Source of the DNA: an uncultured beta proteobacterium
GTDB lineage: Bacteria; Pseudomonadota; Gammaproteobacteria; Burkholderiales; SG8-39
Direction: 5' to 3'
Length of the DNA stretch: 64,000 bases
NCBI GenBank assembly: GCA_963810475.1
Contig: CAWENY010000013.1
Coordinates: 76,816-140,815, forward strand
Within the stretch, counting starts at the first letter, position 1. Each line of letters opens with the position of its first letter. Shown one piece after another: positions 38,434 to 47,100 of the stretch. Both the position numbers and the translations under genes were made by a program. The notes below the pieces were generated by a model, which was not told where the DNA came from, made no database searches, and worked only from the letters and a program-made list of their open reading frames with translations.

Positions 38434-40079
38434 CACTGCACCTCTTGCGGAAAGTATTTCATCACGGTGAGCGCCGGGTTGGGCGCCGCCTGCCCCAAAC
38501 CGCAGATCGACGCGTCCATCATCGTCTGCGACAGCTCGGTGAGCAGCGGCTGGTTCCACTTGCGCTCTTCCATCAGCGTCACCGCCTTGGCGGTGCCGAC
38601 GCGGCAGGGCGTGCACTTGCCGCAGGACTCGTCGTGGAAGAACTTCATCAGATTCACCGCCGCTTTTGCCGCCTTGTCCCGATTGCTCAGGATCACCACG
38701 GCCGCCGAACCGATGAAACAGCCATGCGGCTGCAGCGTGTCGAAGTCGAGCGGGATGTCGCCTTTCGCGGCCGGCAGGATGCCGCCCGACGCGCCTCCGG
38801 GGAGGTAGGCATAGAACTCGTGCCCGTCCAGCATGCCGCCGCAATACTCCTGGATCAATTCGCGCACGGTGATGCCCGCAGGCGCAAGGTGCACTCCAGG
38901 CTTCTTCACCCGTCCCGAGACCGAGAACGAGCGCAGTCCTTTACGGCCGTTGCGCCCTTGCGCGGCGAACCAGGGCGCGCCCTTCTCGACGATCTCGCGC
39001 ACCCAGTACACCGTCTCCATATTGTGCTCGAGGGTCGGGCGGCCGAAGAGGCCGACCTGGGCGACGTAGGGCGGGCGCAGGCGCGGCATGCCGCGCTTGC
39101 CTTCGATCGATTCGATCATCGCCGACTCTTCGCCGCAGATATAGGCTCCGGCGCCTCTCCTGAGATGCATCGGCGGGAGGGCACAGGGCGCCTCACGACG
39201 CAGCTTCGCCAGTTCCGTCTCGAGGATGGCACGACAGCCTGCGTACTCATCGCGCAGGTAGATCCAGATTTCGCCCACGCCGGCGCACCAGGCGGCGACC
39301 AGCATGCCCTCGAGGAACCGGTGCGGGTCGCGCTCGAGGTACCAGCGGTCCTTGAACGTGCCCGGCTCGCCCTCGTCGATGTTGACCGCCATCACGCGCG
39401 GACCGCGCTCCGCCGCCACCAGGCGCCACTTGCGGCCGGCCGGGAAGCCGGCGCCGCCCAGGCCGCGCAGCCCCGAGTCCTCCATGATCTTGGTGAGGTC
39501 CTCGCGCGTGCGCTTGCCGGCGAGGCAATCGGCGATCAGCTTGTAGCCGCCGGCTTTCCGGTACTGCGCGTAGTCGATGTATTTGGTTTCCGCACAGGCG
39601 AGCTTTTTCCCGTCCACTGCGGCCTTGACGCTCTCCACGCTGGCATTGCCGATTGCGTTCTGGTGCACGACGACGCAAGGGGCGACCTCGCAGCGGCCGA
39701 CGCACGGCGCGGGAATCACGCGCACACCGGCGCCGAACGAAAGTTTCTTCAGCAGCTCCTGCGCCCCCGCGAGCTCGCACGAGATGGAGTCGCACACGCG
39801 CACGGTGATCGCGGCGGGTGCCCGCTCGCCTTCCTTCACCACTTCGAAGTGATGGTAGAAGGTCGCGACTTCGTAGACCTCGGTGAGCGCGAGGCGCATC
39901 TCCTGCGCGAGCGCCGCGAGGTGCGCTGCCGCAAGATGCCCGTAGCGGTCATTGATCTTGTGGAGGTGTTCGATCAGCAGGTCGCGCTGGCGTGATTCGT
40001 CGCCCAGCAGCGCCTGCACCTCGGCCAGCGCCTTGGCGTCGACGGCGCGGCCTTTGGGAATCGGGCGGGGTTTTCGCAT
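38433..40079 (-). CDS. fdsB: formate dehydrogenase beta subunit: fused NuoE-like (2Fe-2S) + NuoF-like (FMN/NAD, 4Fe-4S) protein
   Basis: ..VRVCDSISCELAGA.. (NuoE-like), GLRGLGGAGFPAGRKW, ICGEESAMIESIEG, ESCGKCTPCRVG (NuoF-like). 548 aa. Confidence 0.85.
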   Translation of the reverse strand: MRKPRPIPKGRAVDAKALAEVQALLGDESRQRDLLIEHLHKINDRYGHLAAAHLAALAQEMRLALTEVYEVATFYHHFEVVKEGERAPAAITVRVCDSISCELAGAQELLKKLSFGAGVRVIPAPCVGRCEVAPCVVVHQNAIGNASVESVKAAVDGKKLACAETKYIDYAQYRKAGGYKLIADCLAGKRTREDLTKIMEDSGLRGLGGAGFPAGRKWRLVAAERGPRVMAVNIDEGEPGTFKDRWYLERDPHRFLEGMLVAAWCAGVGEIWIYLRDEYAGCRAILETELAKLRREAPCALPPMHLRRGAGAYICGEESAMIESIEGKRGMPRLRPPYVAQVGLFGRPTLEHNMETVYWVREIVEKGAPWFAAQGRNGRKGLRSFSVSGRVKKPGVHLAPAGITVRELIQEYCGGMLDGHEFYAYLPGGASGGILPAAKGDIPLDFDTLQPHGCFIGSAAVVILSNRDKAAKAAVNLMKFFHDESCGKCTPCRVGTAKAVTLMEERKWNQPLLTELSQTMMDASICGLGQAAPNPALTVMKYFPQEVQ

Positions 40080-40118
40080 GCGAAATCCTATTATCGTTCA
40101 ATGGGGCAGCGCGTTTTC

Positions 40119-40132
40119 TTGACGGCGGTCAA
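40119..40132. promoter_or_regulatory. Crp/Fnr-type box TTGAC-GGCG-GTCAA in the fdsB / aldo-keto reductase divergent region
   Basis: Perfect 5+5 palindrome. It lies 40-53 nt upstream of the fdsB ATG and 28-41 nt upstream of the ATG at 40160. Confidence 0.6.
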
Positions 40133-40159
40133 GCTAGAAGGAAGGGTAGACTTCACGCG

Positions 40160-41131
40160 ATGAACTACCGTCCGCTTGGCCGCACCGGCGTGCAGGTTTC
40201 CGAGCTTTGCATGGGCACGATGGCGTTCGGCAGCGATGCCGACGCCGCGGAGGCGGCCCGCATGTTCCGCGCCGCACGCGATGCGGGTATCAACTTTTTC
40301 GATACCGCCGACCAGTACAACGCCGGCAAGTCCGAAGAGATCCTCGGCGAGCTGATCCGCGGCAGCCGGGACGACCTGGTGATCGCGACCAAGTGCTTCA
40401 ACCCCACCGGCAAGGATGCCAATGCCCGCGGCGCGAATCGCCGCCACGTGCGCCGCGCGGTCGAGGCCAGCCTGAAGCGCCTCGGCACCGACCGCATCGA
40501 CGTCCTCTTCCTGCACCACTACGACGCGCTGACGCCGCTCGAGGAGCACATGCGCTCGCTGGAGGACGTGGTGCGCGACGGCAAGGTGCTCTATCCCGCG
40601 GTCAGCAACTACTCGGCGTGGCAGACCCAGGCCGCGCTCGGCTACCAGGAGCGCAACGGCTGGGCGCCGCTGCAGGTGATCCAGCCGATGTACAGCCTGG
40701 TGAAACGACAGGCCGAGGTCGAGCTGCTGCCGATGGCGCAGGCGAACCGCGTCGGGGTGGTGGCCTACAGCCCGTCGGGAGGCGGGCTGCTTTCGGGCCG
40801 CTACGCCCAGCCCGGCGCGCAGGGCCGCCACACCACCAACAAGATGTACAAGGTGCGCTACGGCGACGAATGGATGCACGAGACGGCGGCCAAGTTCGTC
40901 GCCTTCTGCAAGGCGCGCGAATGGCACCCGATCAGCGCCGCGGTCGCCTGGGTCGGTTCACATCCGGCGATCACCGCGCCGATCATCGGCGGGCGCAGCC
41001 TGGAGCAGATGCGCGCTTCGCTCGACGCGGTGAAGATTCCCATGACGCCCGAGGTGCGCGCCGAAATCGCCGCGTTGTCGCGCACTCCGCCGCCGGCGAC
41101 CGACCGGTCCGACGAGGCCGCCAAGGCCTGA
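40160..41131 (+). CDS. aldo/keto reductase
   Basis: MNYRPLGRTGVQVSELCMGTMAFG..INFFDTADQYNAGKSEEILG..IDVLFLHHYD.. Start at ATG 40160, inside track ORF 39992..41131. Confidence 0.85.
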   Translation: MNYRPLGRTGVQVSELCMGTMAFGSDADAAEAARMFRAARDAGINFFDTADQYNAGKSEEILGELIRGSRDDLVIATKCFNPTGKDANARGANRRHVRRAVEASLKRLGTDRIDVLFLHHYDALTPLEEHMRSLEDVVRDGKVLYPAVSNYSAWQTQAALGYQERNGWAPLQVIQPMYSLVKRQAEVELLPMAQANRVGVVAYSPSGGGLLSGRYAQPGAQGRHTTNKMYKVRYGDEWMHETAAKFVAFCKAREWHPISAAVAWVGSHPAITAPIIGGRSLEQMRASLDAVKIPMTPEVRAEIAALSRTPPPATDRSDEAAKA

Positions 41132-41145
41132 GCGACTCGCCGCGC

Positions 41146-42147
41146 GTGGTTTCGGTCGAGGCGCGCTCGGTGCGCGTCACGGCTCGCACGGTCTGGACCT
41201 TCGCCCGCCTGGTCGCGCACGACGGCAGCGAAGGCTGGGGTGAAGCCAGCCTCGAAGGCCGCGCTGCCGAAGTGGAAGCCGCGATCCGCGCTTTCACGCT
41301 GCCGGTCACGCTGGGGGCCGTCCCCGCCGATCTCGTGAAAGCCGCGGCCTATAGCGCCGTAGAGCAGGCGTTGTGGGATCTATCCGCGCGCAACGCTGGC
41401 CGGCCGATCGCCGAGCTCCTCGGCGGCGCGCGGCGCGAACGCGTGCCGCTGTACGCCAACATCAATCGCGGCACCACCGATCGCAGCCCCGCGGGCTTTG
41501 CCGCGCGCGCTGCCGAAGCGGCCGCGCTCGGTTTCGGCGCCATCAAGATCGCTCCGTTCGACAACCTGCAGGAAGGCTATGCGCGCATCGGCGCGGTCGC
41601 GGATGCCATCGGCGGGCGCGCCGAGCTTCAGGTCGATTGCCATTGGCGCTTCGACGAAGCGCGCGCGCACGAGGCGCTCGGCGAGTGCGCACGGCTCGGG
41701 GTGACGTGGTTCGAATGCCCGCTGCCGGAAACGCCCGAGCACTTCGCCGCCATCAAGCGCCTGCGCGGCAAGGCGAACGCCGCCGGCATGCGCCTCGCCG
41801 GCGCCGAGCAGTTCGTCGGCACCGCGGGCTTCCGGCCGCTCCTCGAACAGGGCCTCTATGATGTGGTGATGCCCGACGTGAAATACGCCGGCGGCCTGGC
41901 GGAATGCCTGCGCATCGCCGAGCTCGCCGCGCGCCACGGCGTCGCCTGCTCGCTGCACAATCCGAGCGGCCCGGTGTGCCATGCGCACAGCCTGCATGCC
42001 AGCGCCGCGATGGAAAGCAACGAGCGGCTCGAATACCAGCACGGCGAAACGCCGCGCTTCTATGAGATTGCGCCGGGGCTCGCCGCGCCGGTTGATGGCA
42101 GTGCCGCGCTGCCCGGACCCATATCCATCAGGGAGAACGCCAGATGA
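41146..42147 (+). CDS. enolase-superfamily (mandelate racemase/muconate lactonizing enzyme-like) protein
   Basis: ..EQALWDLSARNAGRPIAELLGG.., KIAPFD, QVDCHWRF, WFECPLP, AGAEQF, MPDVKYAGG. GTG start proposed at 41146. The ORF-track frame extends far upstream only because of GC content. Confidence 0.65.
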   Translation: MVSVEARSVRVTARTVWTFARLVAHDGSEGWGEASLEGRAAEVEAAIRAFTLPVTLGAVPADLVKAAAYSAVEQALWDLSARNAGRPIAELLGGARRERVPLYANINRGTTDRSPAGFAARAAEAAALGFGAIKIAPFDNLQEGYARIGAVADAIGGRAELQVDCHWRFDEARAHEALGECARLGVTWFECPLPETPEHFAAIKRLRGKANAAGMRLAGAEQFVGTAGFRPLLEQGLYDVVMPDVKYAGGLAECLRIAELAARHGVACSLHNPSGPVCHAHSLHASAAMESNERLEYQHGETPRFYEIAPGLAAPVDGSAALPGPISIRENAR

Positions 42148-43100
42148 AATTGATCGCTGTCCTTCTGCTGCTTGCCGTCGCACCGCTGGCGGCAGCGCAA
42201 AGCTTTCCGGCCAAGCCGATCCGCGTGATCGTGCCGAGCCCGCCGGGCGATGGCTCGGACGTCATGGCGCGGCTGATCGGCGAGAAACTCACCGCGGCGT
42301 GGGGCCAGCAGGTGGTGGTCGACAACCGGCCGGGCGCCGGCGGACGCATCGGCACCGAGGCGGCGGCCAAGGCGCCCGCCGACGGCTATACCTGGATCAT
42401 GGCCAACGCCGGCTCGCACGGCATCAACGGCGGCCTGTACCGCAACCTGCCCTACGACCTGGAGAAGGACTTCGCGCCGATCACGCAGATCATGCGCGCG
42501 CCGAACGCGCTGGTGGTGAGCCCGTCGCTCGGCGTGAAGAACGTCGGCGAGCTGATCGCGCTGCTCAAGAAGAACCCCGGCAAGTACAGCTACGGCTCGG
42601 GCGGCAACGGCAGCTCGGCGCATCTCTCGGCCGAGCTCTTCAAGCACATGGCGGGCGTCGACGTGGTGCATATCCCGTACAAGGGCGCCACCATGGCGCT
42701 CACCGACCTGATCGCGGGCAACATCGTGATGTTCATGGGCAACCTGCCACCGGCGATGGGCCACATCAAGGCCGGCCGCATCCAGGCGCTCGCCGTCACC
42801 ACGCTCACGCGCTCCAAGCTGGTGCCGGAGCTGCCGACGGTGGACGAAGCCGGGCTGAAGGGCTTCGAGACCGTCGCCTGGTTCGGGCTGATCGCGCCGG
42901 GCGGTACGCCAGCCGAGATCGTCAACAAGACGCGCGAGGAAGTGGCGCGCATCACGCACACGCCGGAGCTGCGCGCGCGCATCGAGTCGCTCGGCGGCGA
43001 ACCGGTCGGCAATACGCCGCAGGAATTCGCCGCCATCATCCGCGCCGACATCGCCAAGTGGCGCCGCGTGGTCGACGCGGCGAACATCAAAGTCGACTAA
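42144..43100 (+). CDS. Bug-family (TctC-like) periplasmic substrate-binding protein
   Basis: Signal peptide MKLIAVLLLLAVAPLAAAQS. It has PIRVIVPSPPGDGSDVMAR and the C-terminal ..TPQEFAAIIRADIAKWRRVVDAANIKVD. ATGA overlap with the upstream gene. Confidence 0.85.
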   Translation: MKLIAVLLLLAVAPLAAAQSFPAKPIRVIVPSPPGDGSDVMARLIGEKLTAAWGQQVVVDNRPGAGGRIGTEAAAKAPADGYTWIMANAGSHGINGGLYRNLPYDLEKDFAPITQIMRAPNALVVSPSLGVKNVGELIALLKKNPGKYSYGSGGNGSSAHLSAELFKHMAGVDVVHIPYKGATMALTDLIAGNIVMFMGNLPPAMGHIKAGRIQALAVTTLTRSKLVPELPTVDEAGLKGFETVAWFGLIAPGGTPAEIVNKTREEVARITHTPELRARIESLGGEPVGNTPQEFAAIIRADIAKWRRVVDAANIKVD

Positions 43101-44164
43101 CTAAGCGCCTTTTCCGAGAAGCGCATCCCCGTGCCGGCCGTTTCGGTGGGGCGCACATGTCCGTTTACGACTTTTTGCGGCGTCTCGAGATAACGGTCGA
43201 GCGCGAAGGCATGCTTCTCGAGGTAGACCGGGTTGGTGGCGGCGCAGAGCAGGTGCGCGCTCAGCTCGTCGGTGTAGTGGCTGCTCGCCTTCAGCCCCGC
43301 GCGGTTCGCTAGCTCGAGCGCGCGAAGCGACGCCGTGATGCCGCCGTTCGTCACCGGGTCGATCTGCAGCACCTCGACCGCGCGCTCGTCCACATAGCGG
43401 CGGAATTCGTGCACGGAGTGCAAGCTCTCGCCGACCGCAATGGGGACGTCGAGCGCTTCGGCGAGGCGCGCGTGCCCGGCGACGTCCTCCGGAATCGTCG
43501 GCTCCTCGTACCAATACAAGTCGAATTGCTGCAGCCGGCGACCGCGCTCGAGCGCGTCCTCCGCCGTCCATGCCATGTTGGCGTCGAGCATCAGATCAAC
43601 GTCGTCGCCGATCAGCTTGCGCACCGCGGCGACGCGGCTCTCGTCCTCGCGCGCATCGCGTCGTCCGATCTTCACCTTGACGCCTGGCAGGCCGCGCGCC
43701 AGAAAGCCTTCGGTTTGCTTCAAGAGTTCTTTCATCGGCTTCGGCAGATCCACGCCAGAGCCGTAGGCCGGGAGATCGCGCGCCTTGGCGCCGAGCAGCG
43801 CGTAGAGCGGCTTGCGCTCGCGAAGACCCCGCAGATCCCAAAGCGCGATGTCCATCGCGGCGATGGCAAACGACGCCAGACCGCCGCGTCCGACATAAAG
43901 CAGCCGCTGCCACATCAGGTCCCAGAGCGCGGCGATGTCCGTTGCATCGCGCCCGACAAGCAGCGGAATGAGATCGTGCTCGATCAGCGCGTGTACCGCC
44001 CGCCCGCCGCGGCCGATCGTATAAGCGTAGCCGTGGCCCTCGAGGCCGCCGGCGCGCACCTTCACGGTGATGATCTCTTCCGAGTCGATCGCGCCGTGCC
44101 CGGCGTCGCCCATCGCCTCGAGCGGCAGGCGGTAATACGCCGCTTCGATGCCTTCGATCTTCAC
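43097..44164 (-). CDS. enolase-superfamily (MR/MLE) protein
   Basis: VKIEGIEAAYYRLPL.., AMDIALWDLRG, VKVKIG, LMLDANMAW, WYEEP, AVGESL, LQIDP. GTG start at 44162..44164, one base after the cupin gene's TGA stop codon. Confidence 0.8.
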   Translation of the reverse strand: MKIEGIEAAYYRLPLEAMGDAGHGAIDSEEIITVKVRAGGLEGHGYAYTIGRGGRAVHALIEHDLIPLLVGRDATDIAALWDLMWQRLLYVGRGGLASFAIAAMDIALWDLRGLRERKPLYALLGAKARDLPAYGSGVDLPKPMKELLKQTEGFLARGLPGVKVKIGRRDAREDESRVAAVRKLIGDDVDLMLDANMAWTAEDALERGRRLQQFDLYWYEEPTIPEDVAGHARLAEALDVPIAVGESLHSVHEFRRYVDERAVEVLQIDPVTNGGITASLRALELANRAGLKASSHYTDELSAHLLCAATNPVYLEKHAFALDRYLETPQKVVNGHVRPTETAGTGMRFSEKALS

Positions 44165-44165
44165 T

Positions 44166-44651
44166 TCACTTGCGCCAGTGGCCGAAAAGCGGTCCGCTCG
44201 CGCCGTACACCGGATCGCAGGCCGGCAGCGGGACGCGCGTGATCGCCTCCAATTTGTTTTTTCCAGGGCGGCAAGTGTCGGGATGCTGTCCTTCGGGGTA
44301 TGCCCCCACCACGCCGAGCGCGCCCTTGGACGAGAGTTTCTTATGCCCTGTTCCCGCCGGCAGCACGATGACATCACCCGGCTTCGCCGTCACGGTAATG
44401 CCTCGGTCGCCGCCGAACTGCACCGTCACCTCGCCGCTGTAGATGCCGAGCGCCTCATGGCCATTGCTGTGGAAGTGATGGAACGGATGCACGCCGTTAC
44501 GCCACGCCGCCGGCCACTGGTTGCGGGTAAACAATTCTTCGAAAGCTTCCGGAGTGGTGGTCTTCACTGCCGACGGATAGATCAGCAGCGGCCAGGTCGG
44601 ATGATTCGGAATCTCGCCGTCCGGCGCCAGCAGGTGCGCGATGACATTCAC
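44166..44651 (-). CDS. cupin-domain protein
   Basis: ..HPFHHFHSNGHEALGIYSGEVTVQFGG..GDVIVLPAGTGHK.. GTG start 44649..44651 overlaps the upstream stop as GTGA. 161 aa. Confidence 0.7.
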   Translation of the reverse strand: MNVIAHLLAPDGEIPNHPTWPLLIYPSAVKTTTPEAFEELFTRNQWPAAWRNGVHPFHHFHSNGHEALGIYSGEVTVQFGGDRGITVTAKPGDVIVLPAGTGHKKLSSKGALGVVGAYPEGQHPDTCRPGKNKLEAITRVPLPACDPVYGASGPLFGHWRK

Positions 44652-45043
44652 GATCGCTCGAGGGCTTTCTTCATCGCCGCGCAGCCCTGATCCATCATGG
44701 CGGCGATCGGCTTCGCCATTTCGTCCGGCAGCAGGTCGGCGGTCCACACCGCGCGGGTGCGCTTGTCTCCCTCGGCGAAGACCTGCATCGAGGCGTTGTG
44801 GTGCGCGAGCCGCCCACCGGTGGCGGACCAGGCGAGGCGGCGCGCCTTGTCGTCCAGGTCCACGATCAATTCCTTCACCGTCATGCCGTTGCCGAAGGTG
44901 ACGATGCGCGCGCCCTGCTCCAGCTTGCAGCCGGTGACGAACCCTGGCACCAGCCGCGTGTGCAGCGCGCCGACGTCGCGCACCGCGTCCCAGACGTCTT
45001 CGGGACGGGCTTCGATCAGGAATTCGCGACGGATCGACGCCAT
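44648..45043 (-). CDS. SRPBCC (START/polyketide-cyclase-like) family protein
   Basis: 131 aa, MASIRREFLIEARPEDVWDAVRDVGALHTRLVPGF... The pattern is typical of small SRPBCC proteins. Confidence 0.6.
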   Translation of the reverse strand: MASIRREFLIEARPEDVWDAVRDVGALHTRLVPGFVTGCKLEQGARIVTFGNGMTVKELIVDLDDKARRLAWSATGGRLAHHNASMQVFAEGDKRTRAVWTADLLPDEMAKPIAAMMDQGCAAMKKALERS

Positions 45044-45064
45044 CGGTTTGAAGTCTACCGCGCC

Positions 45065-46320
45065 CTACTTCAGAAACATCAAGTTGAAGCGGGTCTTCTG
45101 GTGATGGGGATCGAACAGCAGCGCCGAATGGTATTCGCGCCGCGCATCGTCGGTGCGTCCCGCGAGCTGGTAGGCGTAGCCGAGGTTGTTGTGGGCGCGC
45201 GCATTCCACGGCGCCAGCGCCACGCTGGACTCCCATAGGATGATCTCGCTGCGGTAGTCGAGCTGGCGGGCGATGCTTATCGCGGCAAAAATGATGACCA
45301 TGCCGGCAAAAGCAAAGTTCGGAAGATTGCGTAACTGAATACAAAGCCCGAGAAACAATCCCCAGGACGCCAGGTACAGCTGCCGGTCATTCGCCACGTC
45401 GAGCCGCGGCACAATCGAGTTGGTCGGGACGAGCTGCAGGAAGAACCACAGAATCCCGAACCCGATCCATGGGCGTCGACGCAGGTTGGCCACGCCGAGG
45501 ATCAGTAAAGACAAGAGAAGCGACGCTTGAAAAGCGAGCGCGGGCGTCCACTCGGTGAGCGTCGGCAGCGCAGGGTCGATGTTGTAGCCGTGCAACGAGA
45601 CCAGGCGCAGGATCAGGTAAGAAATGCCGCCCACCTGGGTGAGGAGGTTGTCGGCAAGGCCGCGCTCGCCGTAGCCGTAGGCGATGAGGTCGAAGTAGCG
45701 CTGGTTGAGCAGAAGGAACACGCCGCCGGCGAGCAGCAGCGCCCAGTGCACCCATTGGCGGCGCACGATCTCGCGCCATGCCGGCCGCTCCGCGCGGCAC
45801 AGCTCGCACAGCAGCAGCGCCGCCGGGAACGTAACCGCGGTTTCGCGCGTCGCCACGGCAAGAACGAAGAGCGAAGCCGGAGATGGACCAGTGCGCGCCG
45901 CGCAGGTACGCGAGGAGCGCGCCGAGGTAGAAGAGCGCCATCAGTGACGACGAGCGGCCGCTGATGTAGGTGACGGCTTCGGTCGCGGCCGGGTGGAGGG
46001 CGAAGAGCAGGGCTGCGATCCAATGCGGCCCTACGGTCTCCAAATAGGCGCTCCCCGATAAAGATACAGACAGCGCCGCGTTCATCGCATGGAACGCGAT
46101 GTTGAAGCAGATGGAACCCACCGCCTAAAGTCCAATTCAGCGTGTAGCTCGCCTTCAGCAATGGCCGCACACCGCCGCCGGCGCGCTCGAGCAGCGCTTC
46201 CCACGAATGCACCGTCGGGTAATGGACGATGACGTTGTAGTCGTCGAAGTGGAACACGCCGGCGAGAGACGGCAGGTACGCGATGGCCGCCAGCGCGACG
46301 ACGGCGAGTGCGGGTTTCAC
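45065..46320 (-). pseudogene. TMTC/DUF1736-like membrane protein (PMT-type GT-C N-domain) with C-terminal TPR, two frameshifts as assembled
   Basis: VKPALAVVALAAIAYLPSLAGVFHFDDYNVIVHYP..GGFHLL -> NIAFHAMNAAL..ALHPAATEAVTYISGRSSSLMALFYLGALLAY -> ..LFVLAVATRETAVTFPAALLL..NARAHNNLGYAYQLAGRTDDARREY. Junctions lie near 46104-46108 and 45870-45900. The GTG start overlaps the upstream stop as GTGA. Length is 3n+2. Confidence 0.65.
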
Positions 46321-47100
46321 CGCGCGGCGGAGAACGCGCGGTCGAGCAGGCCGGCCGCGTTCCACCAGCGGTTGGGCGCGTTCAGCAGCACGGCCAGCAC
46401 GCGCACGCCGTCGCGCTCGGCGAGCGCGACCAGGCAATTGCCGGCGACGTCGGTGTAGCCGGTCTTCAGGCCGAGCGCGCCGGGATAGCGACCGAGCAGC
46501 GCGTTGGTGTTGCGCAACGTGAAGCTCCGCTTGCCGTCCAGCGTGCGGATGGTGGCGCGCTCGAGGCGCGCGAGGCGCAGGTACTCGTCGTGGCGCATCA
46601 CCTCCTCGGCGAGGCGCGCAAGGTCCGCGGCGGTGCTGTACTGGCCGTCACGATCGTGGCCGCATGGGTCGACGAAGCGCGTATTCGTGAGGCCGAGAAG
46701 TGCAGCGCGGCCGTTCATGGCCTGCACGAAAGCTTTTCCACCGATGTGGTCGGCCAAGGCGCGGCAAGCGTCATTCGCCGAGCGCACCACCGTCGCCGTG
46801 AGCAGGTCGCCCGCGCTCAGGCGCTCGCCGGGTTTGAGGCCAATGCGCGTGCCGGTGGCCTGCAGCACGCCACGGCCCACGGTCACCGGCTGTTGGAGCC
46901 CGCCGCGCTCGAGGGCGATGAGCGCCGTCATCAGCTTGGCGAGACTGGCCGGGGCAAGCTTGCGCGTCGGGCTGGCCGGCCCAGAGCAGGACGCCATCGC
47001 GCTTGACAAGATAGGCTGCGGCGATCCAGGGATATGGATCCTCGGCGGCCGTTGCCGGGCCTGCGGCTAGGAAAGCGGCCGCGAGGGCGACCTTCCACAT
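46317..47100 (-). pseudogene. D-alanyl-D-alanine carboxypeptidase (peptidase S11) family protein, one frameshift
   Basis: Signal peptide MWKVALAAAFLAAGPATA. The SxxK motif is in ..LAPASLAKLMTAL... The junction is near 46960-46990. Length is 3n+1. Confidence 0.7.
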
